Program-made: the position numbers and the translations under genes
The notes under the pieces: model-generated
What the model was told of the DNA's origin: nothing
What the model saw: only the letters and a program-made list of their open reading frames with translations
Database searches by the model: none
Source of the DNA: Pyrinomonadaceae bacterium
GTDB lineage: Bacteria; Acidobacteriota; Blastocatellia; Pyrinomonadales; Pyrinomonadaceae
Direction: 5' to 3'
DNA length: 64,000 nucleotides
Assembly (NCBI GenBank): GCA_046313635.1
Contig: JBKBYA010000002.1
Coordinates: 384,001-448,000 of the forward strand
Shown here: positions 19,238-29,814 of the stretch, piece after piece
Layout of the letters: each line of letters begins with the position of its first letter
Numbering within the stretch: position 1 is the first letter of the stretch

Positions 19238-19642
19238 ATGAACACGATCGAGATCACACGGTCGCGGGCAAGGTACGCCCAAAATCGGCCGCAAATGTTG
19301 GACACGAGTTTTGTACTTTTCTTTCTCGCGATGGAACTGGGCCGGGGCGCGGACCTCTATTCGATGGACTCGGCGCTGATGCTCGTCACGCTGGCGACGG
19401 TCGCGGTGCTGCCCTTCTTGCTGATCGCGGAGGACGATCGGCCGGCATTCTCGGAGTGGGCGGCGGGGCGTGCGGTGATATCGCTGTTCGGCATCGCGAT
19501 CGGCGTGATGTTCGCAAGTTCGCTGGGCGTCGTGCTGCCCGAGTCTTTGAGGTTCTTTCCGATGACGGCGCTGATACTGGCGTCGACGGTCTGCTGTCTT
19601 AATCAGTTTTACGGGGTTCTTAGAATTCGTCCAGCAAAATAG
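19238..19642 (+). CDS. Hypothetical membrane protein (about 4 TM)
   Basis: 134-aa ORF with four hydrophobic segments. Confidence 0.7.
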   Translation: MNTIEITRSRARYAQNRPQMLDTSFVLFFLAMELGRGADLYSMDSALMLVTLATVAVLPFLLIAEDDRPAFSEWAAGRAVISLFGIAIGVMFASSLGVVLPESLRFFPMTALILASTVCCLNQFYGVLRIRPAK

Positions 19643-19720
19643 GCAAAAGGCGAGGGCGACAAAAAGATCCGCGAATGGCTCGGGACCATTCGCGGATCTT
19701 GCTATTTGGCTGCCGGCGAA

Positions 19721-20752
19721 TTATGCGGCGGCGTATGTGGGCTGAGTGTCCGAGACGAGCTCGTGGATCGCGGCGACCTGGCGGGCCAATTCGGCATATT
19801 GCGGCGGCGTTAAAGCCTGAGCTCCGTCGCAGAGCGCTAGCTCGGGGCACGGGTGCACTTCGATGATCAGACCGTCTGCGCCGACGGCGACGCCGGCCCG
19901 GGCGAGCGGGTTGACCATATATGTGTGGCCCGTGCCGTGCGAAGGGTCGACGATGACAGGCAGATGCGACAGACGGCGGATCGCGGGCACGATCGAGAGA
20001 TCGAGCGTGTTTCGCGCGTGATTGGCGAATGTGCGGATGCCGCGCTCACAGAGGATCACGTCGTAATTGCCCTCGGCCATGATGTACTCGGCGGCAAGCA
20101 GGAATTCGTCGAGTGTTGCCGAAAGGCCGCGTTTGAGAAGGATCGGCTTCTTGGCCTGCCCTGCATATTTGAGCAGCGAGAAGTTCTGCATATTGCGGGC
20201 GCCGATCTGGATGCAGTCGCCGTACTTTTCGACGAGATCGATGCCGTGCTCGTCCATCGCCTCGGTGACGATATTCAACCCGAACCGTTCGCGGACCTCG
20301 GCAAGTATCTTTAAGCCGTCCTCGCCCATTCCCTGGAAAGCGTACGGAGAGGTCCGCGGCTTGAAGGCTCCGCCTCGGAAGAATTTTGCTCCGCTCTCGG
20401 CGACCGTTTTTGCCACGGCGAAGACCTGCTCGTGATTTTCGATCGCGCACGGCCCGGCGATCATCGCGAGCTCGCCGCCGCCGATGGTGGCGTTGCCGAC
20501 CTTGACGACCGATTTCTCGGGCCTCAGGTCGCGCGAGATCAGTTTGTAAGGCTGTGTGACGCGGATGGTGTCGGCGACGCCGGGCAGATTTTCAAAATGT
20601 GCGGGATCGATCGCCCCGCGATTGCCGGTGATGCCGATCGCCGTGCGCGTCTCGCCCGGCATCGCATGCCCGCGAAAGCCGAGCTTCTCGACGACCTCTA
20701 AAACCCTTTCGATATCCGACTCGGTAGCATCGGACTTCATCACGATCAACAT
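19721..20752 (-). CDS. aroF: DAHP synthase, class I-beta, with N-terminal regulatory domain
   Basis: MLIVMK start; [33 protein letters not shown]. Confidence 0.95.
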   Translation of the reverse strand: MLIVMKSDATESDIERVLEVVEKLGFRGHAMPGETRTAIGITGNRGAIDPAHFENLPGVADTIRVTQPYKLISRDLRPEKSVVKVGNATIGGGELAMIAGPCAIENHEQVFAVAKTVAESGAKFFRGGAFKPRTSPYAFQGMGEDGLKILAEVRERFGLNIVTEAMDEHGIDLVEKYGDCIQIGARNMQNFSLLKYAGQAKKPILLKRGLSATLDEFLLAAEYIMAEGNYDVILCERGIRTFANHARNTLDLSIVPAIRRLSHLPVIVDPSHGTGHTYMVNPLARAGVAVGADGLIIEVHPCPELALCDGAQALTPPQYAELARQVAAIHELVSDTQPTYAAA

Positions 20753-20787
20753 AGCGAAAAAACCTCTTACGAATGAAAAACTAAACT

Positions 20788-21599
20788 TTAGATTTCGGCA
20801 CCGGCATTTGCAACCGATGGCAGCAAGCCGCGGACACAGCTGCCGACCCTCTCGACCGGGTCGCTTCCCGCGGCCGATGCACTCGCGATCTCGGCGACGA
20901 TGGCCGAACCGACGACGGCCGCGTCGGCGTATCGCCAAACGTCCTCGACCTGCGCCGCGGTCGAAATGCCAAAGCCGACCGCGACCGGCAGATCGGTGAA
21001 TTGCCGCGCACGCTCGACGAGACGTTCCGCGTCGGCGGTCATCGCCTCTCGTGCTCCGGTGACGCCGGCCCGAGAGACGGCGTAGATAAATCCGCTCGCC
21101 GCGCGGCAGATCCTCTCGAGACGCGCGTCGCTCGTGGTCGGGGCGACGAGAGAGATCAGATCGAGTCCGCGTGCATTCAACGCTTTTCCGATCGCGGCGG
21201 CTTCGTCGTCGATCGCGTCGGTGATCAGTATGCCGTCGACGCCGCGTTCGGCCGCTTTGTCGACGAGCCTCTCAAAACCGTACTGCAGAAGAGGATTGAG
21301 ATAGCTGAAAAGCACGATCGGTGTTTGGTCGGTCTTTCTGAAGTCCGCGACCATCTCAAGCACGTCGGCGAGCCGCGTACCGCCAGCGAGAGCTCGCTGC
21401 GACGACGCTTGTATCGTCGGTCCGTCGGCCATCGGATCGCTGAAGGGAACTCCGAGCTCGATCACGTCGGCGCCGCACCAGGCAAGCTCGCGAACGATCG
21501 CGAGAGACGTCGCGCGGTCGGGATCGCCGGCGGTAACAAAGGGAACGAAGCCCTTCCGTCCGGCGGCCTTTAGTTGCGCAAATCTATCGGCGATACGGC

Positions 21600-21603
<4 letters not shown>
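20788..21603 (-). CDS. trpA: Tryptophan synthase alpha subunit
   Basis: [33 protein letters not shown]. Confidence 0.97.
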
Positions 21604-22797
<1,194 letters not shown>

Positions 22798-22805
<8 letters not shown>

Positions 22806-23430
22806 AGATCGATCTCGCATTCGCGATAAACGCTCGCACTTTGTCGTGGTCCTTTTTGCCTTTTTCCGATTCGAGCAGACTGCACGCATCGACCGCGAAC
22901 GGCCTGACGGCGGCGATCGCGTCGGCGACATTCTCGGCCGACAGGCCGCCGGCGAGATAGACTCGATGACCGCCGTCGACGATCGATCTCGCGACGGACC
23001 AGTCGGCCACGATGCCGGTGCCGCCGTGCTCGGTCGGAGAAAATCCGTCGAGCAGCACCGCGTCTGCGCCGCACGCATCTATCGACCCGCGATCGAAACC
23101 GGGCGATATACGAAACGCTTTTATCACCTCGATGCCCGTCGCATCTCGCAGTCTCTGCACTTCGTCATTCGACTCTTCGCCGTGAAGCTGCACGGCGTCG
23201 AGACCGACCGACGCGGCGATGCTCGCGACGAGCCTAGGCGGCTTATTGACAAAGACTCCGACGAGCTTTACACCGTCGGGGAGTTTGTCGACGATCTCGC
23301 GGGCGGCCTTGGGATCGATGTACCGAGGGCTTCGCTCGTAAAAATTGAAACCCAGTGCGTCGGCTCCCGATTCGATCGCGTGCAGCGCGTCGTCGAGATT
23401 TGTAATGCCGCAGATCTTTACAAAAGTCAT
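22798..23430 (-). CDS. trpF: Phosphoribosylanthranilate isomerase
   Basis: VKICGIT, VQLHG, LAGGL. Confidence 0.95.
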
Positions 23431-23497
23431 TGTCGATTCGTGGGCCTCTAAAACTAATTTCCTTTAAAGAACTGACAACGCCATCTGCCGCGGTTAT

Positions 23498-23659
23498 GCC
23501 GCCCTATTTGCGGAAAAGCTTTGCTTTTCCCGAACTTCGTTCCTCTACTGCTTTGCGGCTCTGCCGCCGCCCGCCTGATCACCGGCGGCGAAGCAACAGA
23601 TCTATTTTCACCGCTGTCGGAAAAGCAGAGCTTTTCCGCAGATAGACAGGCGGAGCCCG
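23498..23659. repeat. REP doublet / REPIN-like palindromic element, copy 2 (between trpC and trpF)
   Basis: CTATTTGCGGAAAAGCTTTGCTTTTCC ... CGGAAAAGCAGAGCTTTTCCGCAGATAG..GGCGGAGCCC; the right end read on the minus strand closely matches the left end of copy 1. Confidence 0.85.
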
Positions 23660-23660
23660 A

Positions 23661-24476
23661 TTAGCCGCCAGCGGATCCAACGGACACTGATCGCCATTCA
23701 TTTATTACCTCGGCCGGGTCGCCCGAGCGCATCAGCGTCTCTCCGACAAGAAAGCCGTCGAATCCTAAAGACCGCAACTCGGCGATATCGCCGGCGGTAG
23801 AGATGCCGCTCTCGGCGATCATCAGCGCGCCGCCCGGCTTGTGTCTGATCAGGTTGCGCGAAACGTCGAGTGAGACGGCGAGCGTCTTGAGGTCGCGGTT
23901 GTTGACGCCGATCAGTTTGGCTCCGGCCGCCGCGGCGCGGTCGAGCTCACTCGCCGTATGGACCTCGACGAGCGCGTCGATGCCGAGCTCGCCCTCGGCC
24001 GCCTGCAGCAGTGAGCTCAATTCGCCATCTGAAAGTGCGGCGACGATCAGCAGCACCGCGTCGGCGCCGGCCGCGGCCGCCTCGTAGATCTGATACGCGT
24101 CGACGACAAAATCCTTTCGCAGCAGCGGCAGATCGACCGCCGCACGCGCGGCGCGGAGGTCGTCGAGCGAGCCTCGGAAATACTCGGGCTCGGTGAGGAC
24201 CGAGACGGCGGCCGCTCGTGCCGACTCGTATGCGCGGACGGTCGCGGCGAGATCGCGGTCGGCGTTGATGACGCCCTTGGACGGGGACGCGCGTTTGAAT
24301 TCGGCGATGATGTTCAGGCCATCGCGCTCGAGAGCCTTGCGCAGCCGATGCTTTTCGCGGTCGGCAAGTGCGTTGACGGCTTCGCGTCGCACGATGTCGA
24401 GCGGCTTGTCGGCGCGGGCGGCCGCGACGCGCGTCCGCGTCTTTTCGACGATCGTTGTGAGAAAGCTGCTATTCAT
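23661..24476 (-). CDS. trpC: Indole-3-glycerol phosphate synthase
   Basis: IAEFKRASPSKG, SVLTE, LRKDF, GVNNRDL, AESGI. Confidence 0.97.
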   Translation of the reverse strand: MNSSFLTTIVEKTRTRVAAARADKPLDIVRREAVNALADREKHRLRKALERDGLNIIAEFKRASPSKGVINADRDLAATVRAYESARAAAVSVLTEPEYFRGSLDDLRAARAAVDLPLLRKDFVVDAYQIYEAAAAGADAVLLIVAALSDGELSSLLQAAEGELGIDALVEVHTASELDRAAAAGAKLIGVNNRDLKTLAVSLDVSRNLIRHKPGGALMIAESGISTAGDIAELRSLGFDGFLVGETLMRSGDPAEVINEWRSVSVGSAGG

Positions 24477-25503
24477 CCGTCTTGTTTGTCATGGCCGCGA
24501 GCTCAGCCAGCTTTGCGGCAGCGGAGCCGGAACGCAAACTCTCGCGTGCCGCGGCGAGCGAATCGGCGAGCGTCTCGCCGGTGCCGGCGAGATGGATCGT
24601 CGCGGCCGCGTTGAGCAGGACGATCTTTTCGGACGGCTCGTCGAGCCGCTCGTTGCCGAGCACGGAACGAATGATCGCGGCACTCTCGGTGGCGGACGCG
24701 GCGCGGGGAAGGTTGACCTCTCCATTCGCCAAGCCAAAGTCGTGAGGGCTCAATTCAAATTCGCGTGCCGCTCCAGACTCGTCGGTCTCTGCGACAAACG
24801 TCCGCCCGCGCAGAGTGATCTCGTCGAGGCCGTCTTCGCCGTGGACGACCCACGAGCGGCGCGTGCCGAGTCTCGCGAGAACGTTTGCCGTGACCGCGAC
24901 GAGCTCGCGCGAATAGACGCCGATGAGCTGGTGCGGAGCCGAGGCCGGATTGCAAAGCGGGCCGAGGCTGTTAAATACCGTCGGCGTACCGAGTCGGCGA
25001 CGGGCTTCGGCAAGCATTGGCGAGAGGCGATGGAATTTCGGCGCGAACATAAAGCACGCGCCGATCTCATTGAGACAACGCTCGGCGAGCGAAGGCTCGA
25101 CGTCGACCTTTACGCCGAGCTCCGAGAGCGCGTCGGCGCTGCCGGTCTTGCTCGAGGCGGCGCGGTTGCCGTGCTTGGCGACGGCGACGCCCGCGCCTGC
25201 GGCGACGAACGCGGCGGCCGTCGAGACGTTGAATGTCTTTGCACGGCTGCCGCCCGTGCCGACCGAATCGACAAATCGCTCGTGGTTTGAAACGATCCTC
25301 ACCATCCGCGAGCGCATCACCGCCGCGAGCCCGAAGATCTCATTCTCTGTCACACCCTTTTGCCGCCACGCGGCGAGGAGCTCCGCCAGCAGATCGACAT
25401 CGTCCTCGGCGATCAATCGATCGAAGAACGCCTCGGCGTCGCCCGCCGCAAGCTCGCGGCCGGTTTTGAATTTCTCGAGATACTCAGCAAGAGGCGCGTT
25501 CAT
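24469..25503 (-). CDS. trpD: Anthranilate phosphoribosyltransferase
   Basis: DSVGTGG, FNVST, KHGNRAASSKTGSAD, GPLCNP. Confidence 0.96.
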   Translation of the reverse strand: MNAPLAEYLEKFKTGRELAAGDAEAFFDRLIAEDDVDLLAELLAAWRQKGVTENEIFGLAAVMRSRMVRIVSNHERFVDSVGTGGSRAKTFNVSTAAAFVAAGAGVAVAKHGNRAASSKTGSADALSELGVKVDVEPSLAERCLNEIGACFMFAPKFHRLSPMLAEARRRLGTPTVFNSLGPLCNPASAPHQLIGVYSRELVAVTANVLARLGTRRSWVVHGEDGLDEITLRGRTFVAETDESGAAREFELSPHDFGLANGEVNLPRAASATESAAIIRSVLGNERLDEPSEKIVLLNAAATIHLAGTGETLADSLAAARESLRSGSAAAKLAELAAMTNKTDE

Positions 25504-25505
25504 TC

Positions 25506-25597
25506 AAGATTCCAAATTCCAAATTCCAGATTCCAAATTAAGATCTCAATCCGAGACCAAAAACCAAAGACCAAAAACCAAAAACAAATGACCAACC
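25506..25597. repeat. Two adjacent heptamer tandem arrays (ATTCCAA-like and ACCAAAR-like) filling the trpE-trpD spacer
   Basis: attccaa attccaa attccag attccaa ... accaaaa accaaag accaaaa accaaaa acaaatg accaacc. Confidence 0.85.
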
Positions 25598-25598
25598 C

Positions 25599-27068
25599 CT
25601 AAAAACTCCCGCCTTCGGCCATTTCGATCGCACTGATCAAGACGCGGGCCTTGTTGACCGTCTCTTCGTACTCCGATGCGGGCACCGAATCGGCGACGAT
25701 GCCCGCGCCGGCTTGGATGTGGGCGACGCCGTTCTCGAGCACAAGCGTGCGGATGGCGATGCATGTGTCCATGTTGCCGGAATAGTCGAAATAGCCGACC
25801 GCTCCCGAATAAATGCCGCGCGGCGTCGGCTCGAGATCGCGGATTATTTCGACAGCCCGCACCTTCGGAGCTCCCGAGACGGTGCCGGCAGGGAAGCACG
25901 CTGCGAGCGCGTCAAAGCGGTCGCAGCCGTCGCGAAGCTCCGCGGTCAGCGTACTGACGAGATGCTGGACGTGCGAATACTTTTCGACGGTCATCAGTTC
26001 GTCGACCTTGACGGTACCGAATTCGGCAACGCGGCCGAGGTCGTTGCGGCCGAGATCGACGAGCATCATATGCTCGGCGACCTCCTTTTTATCCCGACGC
26101 ATTTCTTCGGCGAGGCGGCCGTCTTCGTCGGCGTCGACGCCGCGCTTTCGCGTGCCGGCGATCGGGTGATACGTGAGCTTGCGGCCTTCGGACCTAACGA
26201 GCATCTCGGGCGAGGCGCCGACGATCGACTTGTCGGCAAACTTCAGCAAAAACATATACGGCGAAGGATTGATCGTGCGGAGCGCGCGATAGACTGCGAG
26301 CGGGTCGGCGGTCGTCGGTTTTGAGAATCGCTGCGAGAGGACGACCTGATAGCATTCGCCGGCACGGATGAGCTCTTTGATCTGATCGACGGCGGCCTCA
26401 AAGTCGGCGCGTTGGAAGTTTGATGTGATCGTTGATCGTTGATCGTTGTTCATCGTATGCGGCGTTGGGAGATTGTAGCTCGGGTCTTCGAGGCGTTCGC
26501 GGATACGTTTGTTTATTGTTTGGGCTTCGCCGATGAGCGTCTCGGTGTCTTCGCCGTCATTTGGGAAGACAAGCGTAATGATCTTGACGGACTGCCGCGC
26601 GTGGTCAAACGCGACGACGGTGCGAAAGATCATAAACTCGGCGTCAGGTGTGATCTTTCCCGAAAGTTCATAGAGTCCGGGCTCGAACCAATTGATGCAG
26701 GGAAAAGAAAAGTATCCGATGGCGCCGCCGATGAAGCTGGGCAGGTCTTCTCCGCGATCAACTCCGACGGAGTCGAAATGTTCACGGAGATAATCAAACA
26801 ATGACGATCCGACATTGATCGACGTCCCATCGCGACCCGTGACCACCGTTCCTTGATTCCGGCCCCAAACTACGAATTCCGGATCGGCGCCGACGAATGA
26901 ATACCGCGCAAGATTTTCGCCGCCGGCGACCGACTCGAGCAGGAACGAGTTTGCCCCGCCGCCCTCCGACAGCTTGAGGTATACGCTCAAAGGCGTCAGC
27001 AGATCGGCCGGCATCGTCTCGACAACGGGAATGGCCTGACTAATTTGTTGGCGAACAGTTGTGTCCAT
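25599..27068 (-). CDS. trpE: Anthranilate synthase component I
   Basis: LLES, NPSPYM, ASPE, IAGT, EHMMLVDLGRND, PAGTVSGAPK. Confidence 0.96.
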   Translation of the reverse strand: MDTTVRQQISQAIPVVETMPADLLTPLSVYLKLSEGGGANSFLLESVAGGENLARYSFVGADPEFVVWGRNQGTVVTGRDGTSINVGSSLFDYLREHFDSVGVDRGEDLPSFIGGAIGYFSFPCINWFEPGLYELSGKITPDAEFMIFRTVVAFDHARQSVKIITLVFPNDGEDTETLIGEAQTINKRIRERLEDPSYNLPTPHTMNNDQRSTITSNFQRADFEAAVDQIKELIRAGECYQVVLSQRFSKPTTADPLAVYRALRTINPSPYMFLLKFADKSIVGASPEMLVRSEGRKLTYHPIAGTRKRGVDADEDGRLAEEMRRDKKEVAEHMMLVDLGRNDLGRVAEFGTVKVDELMTVEKYSHVQHLVSTLTAELRDGCDRFDALAACFPAGTVSGAPKVRAVEIIRDLEPTPRGIYSGAVGYFDYSGNMDTCIAIRTLVLENGVAHIQAGAGIVADSVPASEYEETVNKARVLISAIEMAEGGSF

Positions 27069-27083
27069 TTCTAGAGCTCATTT

Positions 27084-27195
27084 GACCGCGGATCGACACG
27101 GATGAGACGGATCCCGGACCACCCGATACGAGCGAAAATTTCATCCGGCGGTATCATCGTTTTATGGATCTGCGTCATCCGTTTCATCCGCGGTC
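27084..27195. repeat. Inverted-repeat element built of ~9-mer CGGAT-containing units
   Basis: GACCGCGGATCGACACGGATGAGACGGATCC ... GGATCTGCGTCATCCGTTTCATCCGCGGTC imperfect inverted repeat. Confidence 0.75.
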
Positions 27196-27235
27196 GATAA
27201 CCTGGTAACCCATTCTCCTGGCAAAACTGATATCC

Positions 27236-27279
27236 CAAAAAGCAAAAACGCCGCTCGAGTTTGATTCTCAAGCGGCGCC
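27236..27279 (-). terminator. trp attenuator terminator
   Basis: Minus strand GGCGCCGCTTGAG-loop-CTCGAGCGGCGTT followed by TTTGCTTTTT. Confidence 0.85.
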
Positions 27280-27315
27280 TAAAGTGCAGGGAAGCGGTAA
27301 AACTCTCGGACAAGT

Positions 27316-27396
27316 TCAAACCGACCGCGCACAACGCCCCAAATGCCACCACCATGTGCGGCCGAGATGCGTTGCGCTGTTGATCGTGAACTTCAT
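27316..27396 (-). CDS. trpL: trp operon leader peptide MKFTINSATHLGRTWWWHLGRCARSV
   Basis: 26-codon ORF with TGG TGG TGG, directly upstream of the terminator hairpin and trpE. Confidence 0.9.
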   Translation of the reverse strand: MKFTINSATHLGRTWWWHLGRCARSV

Positions 27397-27449
27397 CGTG
27401 TGTCCATTAAAGCGAATCGGCGATCGACATGTCAATTACAAACTCGCAC

Positions 27450-29615
27450 TTACATCTTCTCCGGCACTTCGATGCCCATTGTTTCGAGGGCGGCGGTCAG
27501 TGCTCGTCTTGCGAGGTCGGCGATGGTGACGAGGACGGCCTGCTTTGTCGCGTCGGGCTCGGAAATTATTTTGTGATCGCGGTAAAAGGCGTTAAAGGCC
27601 TTGGCGAGGTTGAAGGTGTATTTGGCCAGCACCGCAGGCTCGTTGGCGACGGCGGCCTGCGTGACGACGTCTTCGAGACGAGCGGCGAGGGCGGCCATCG
27701 ACCAGATGTCGCTGCCTATATCCGACGCGAAGATCTCGGCGACGGCGGCCGAGCTTTCGGCGGACGCGATGCGCGAGCGGCAGGCTTCTAGCGTGATGCC
27801 TTTTTCGTCGAGCTTTCGAAAGATCGAGTTGGCACGGACGGCCGAGTACTGGCAAAAGGCTCCGGTTTCGCCTTCGAACGACAACGCCTCTTTGAAATCG
27901 AAAACGATCACCGTCGTACGCGTGAACTTGAGCAAAAAGTAACGCAGAGCGCCGACGGCGATCTGGTGGGCGATGTGGCGCTTCTCTTCGTCGCCGATGT
28001 CGGCGTGGCGCGATTCGACCTCGACGAGCGCGTTGGCCTCGAGGCGGTCGAGCAGATCGTCGGCCTTGACGCCGAGGCCTTTGCGGCCGGACATCTCGAT
28101 GAAAGTTTTTTGGCGGTCTTCGTCGGAGAGCTTGAAGCCGAGCTCTTCGGCGGCGGCGGGCGAGAGGGCGACCATTTCGTATGAGAGATGGATGCTCGCA
28201 CGCTCGCCTTTGTCGGGCGAGATCGCGGCGACGCCCTTTTTGACGATCTCCTGCGGGTACGACTGCCGCGTGTCGATGACGTTGTAAACGGTCTCGCCGT
28301 GGCCGAAGGATGGAACGCGGACGCCCTCGTCCGCATTGAGCGTCGCATCGACGCGAACAGTATGCGGGGGATTGTCCGGCTCATTCTCCGGCGTCGGTTT
28401 TCGGGCTTCGCCCTCATTGCGGACGAGGGCGTCCGCGTTCCGTGGGGTGTCCGCGTTCCGTGGGGCGTCCGCGTTCCGGGAGGTCGTAATCCAAACGATC
28501 TTGCCGTCGGCGTATTGGTGGAAGGGCTTGTAGTAAAAGTCCATCCCGAGGATGCCGAGCTTCCACATCTGGTACGCGATATCTTTGCCGGTGTAGGTGA
28601 CGGTGCCGTTCGAGCGGACGAGGATCTTGTCGGCCTCGTGCTCGTCGGTGCCCTCGTGCGACTCGAAGGGCATCACCCAGCAGCCGGCATTCTTGCCTTC
28701 GGTCTCGAAGTGTATGACGCCGAGCTGCTTCATCTGCTCGAAGGCCTTGTCCCAGAAATGGAGGTGCAGGATCTCGGACTCGCGCGGCAGCAGATCGTAG
28801 TGGATCGAGAAACGCTCCATCGTGTCGAGGATGCACTCGACGTTGCGCGTCGCGACGTAGTCGGCGAGCTCGGCGGTCGGATTGTCGCCGGCCTCGATGA
28901 GGTGTAGGACCTCGGCACGCTTTTCCTTTAGAGACTCGTCAGCGGCGTAGGCGTGGCCGACCTTGGTGTAGAGGTCCCAGCAGTAATAGTCAAAGGTTTT
29001 GCCCTGAGCTTTTAGCTCGGCGTCGAGCTGCTTGATGTCGTCTAGCGATTTGTTTTCAAGATAGATAAATCCGACGACGACGTCGGCGACCTGGACGCCG
29101 GTATTGTCGATGTAGTTCTGCACCTCGACGCGCTTGCCGGTGGCTTTGAGGATCCGCTGGAACGTATCGCCCAGGACCGAATTGCGGACGTGGCCGATGT
29201 GCGCGGCCTTGTTCGGGTTGACCGACGTGTGCTCGACGCAGACCTTGGGCGAAGCGGGACCGTGCGCGAGATGCCGCTTCGGGAGCGGATCGGCGGCGGC
29301 GTTGGCGGCGAGAAAGCGGGCACGGTCAAAAAAGATGTTGAGATAGCCCGCACCGGCGACCTCGACGCGGTCGACAAGATCGGCCGATTCCAGTCGCGAC
29401 TTGAGCGCCTCGGCTATCTCGCGAGGATTCTTCTTTTCGCCGGTGGCCTGCTTGATACGCTTCGCGAGCTCGAACGCGATCGGGAACGCCGCGTCGCCGA
29501 GCTCGGTCTTTGGCGGTACCTCGATCGCGACCTGATCGAGCTCGACGTTAAAAAGCGAGGCGGCCGATTCGCGAATTCGCTCGCGAAGCTGTTGCTGTAT
29601 CTCAAGGATGGTCAT
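27450..29615 (-). CDS. argS: Arginine--tRNA ligase (with in-frame palindromic insertion)
   Basis: EHTSVNPNKAAHIGHVRN (HIGH), MSGRKG, SFEGETG, terminal VPEKM. Confidence 0.95.
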   Translation of the reverse strand: MTILEIQQQLRERIRESAASLFNVELDQVAIEVPPKTELGDAAFPIAFELAKRIKQATGEKKNPREIAEALKSRLESADLVDRVEVAGAGYLNIFFDRARFLAANAAADPLPKRHLAHGPASPKVCVEHTSVNPNKAAHIGHVRNSVLGDTFQRILKATGKRVEVQNYIDNTGVQVADVVVGFIYLENKSLDDIKQLDAELKAQGKTFDYYCWDLYTKVGHAYAADESLKEKRAEVLHLIEAGDNPTAELADYVATRNVECILDTMERFSIHYDLLPRESEILHLHFWDKAFEQMKQLGVIHFETEGKNAGCWVMPFESHEGTDEHEADKILVRSNGTVTYTGKDIAYQMWKLGILGMDFYYKPFHQYADGKIVWITTSRNADAPRNADTPRNADALVRNEGEARKPTPENEPDNPPHTVRVDATLNADEGVRVPSFGHGETVYNVIDTRQSYPQEIVKKGVAAISPDKGERASIHLSYEMVALSPAAAEELGFKLSDEDRQKTFIEMSGRKGLGVKADDLLDRLEANALVEVESRHADIGDEEKRHIAHQIAVGALRYFLLKFTRTTVIVFDFKEALSFEGETGAFCQYSAVRANSIFRKLDEKGITLEACRSRIASAESSAAVAEIFASDIGSDIWSMAALAARLEDVVTQAAVANEPAVLAKYTFNLAKAFNAFYRDHKIISEPDATKQAVLVTIADLARRALTAALETMGIEVPEKM
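28312..28477. repeat. REP-like inverted repeat plus two 18-bp tandem copies inside argS
   Basis: GGAACGCGGACGCCCTCGTCCGCA (28312-28335) is the perfect inverse of 28418-28441; GTGGGGYGTCCGCGTTCC x2 at 28442-28477. Confidence 0.9.
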
Positions 29616-29814
29616 TACGGTATTTATGCACGTCTGGAGAAAATCGTAATTATATTGGCCGCCGAGACCGTTCGCAAAAACGGCAGCGTCGCGACGGCCG
29701 CGGGCGTGAGCTGCCCGGGCGTTATGTCGACGAAGCGCGCGAGCGAGTGGCGAATCTCGCTCTGAGCAACGTGTTTTTTGTTTCATTCGAAAAAAGCTAA
29801 ACTTTATCCTTCGT

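Noticed and set aside
29779..29796. Possible additional XRE operator (TGTTTCA) between argS and larC
   Set aside because: Only one half-site matches
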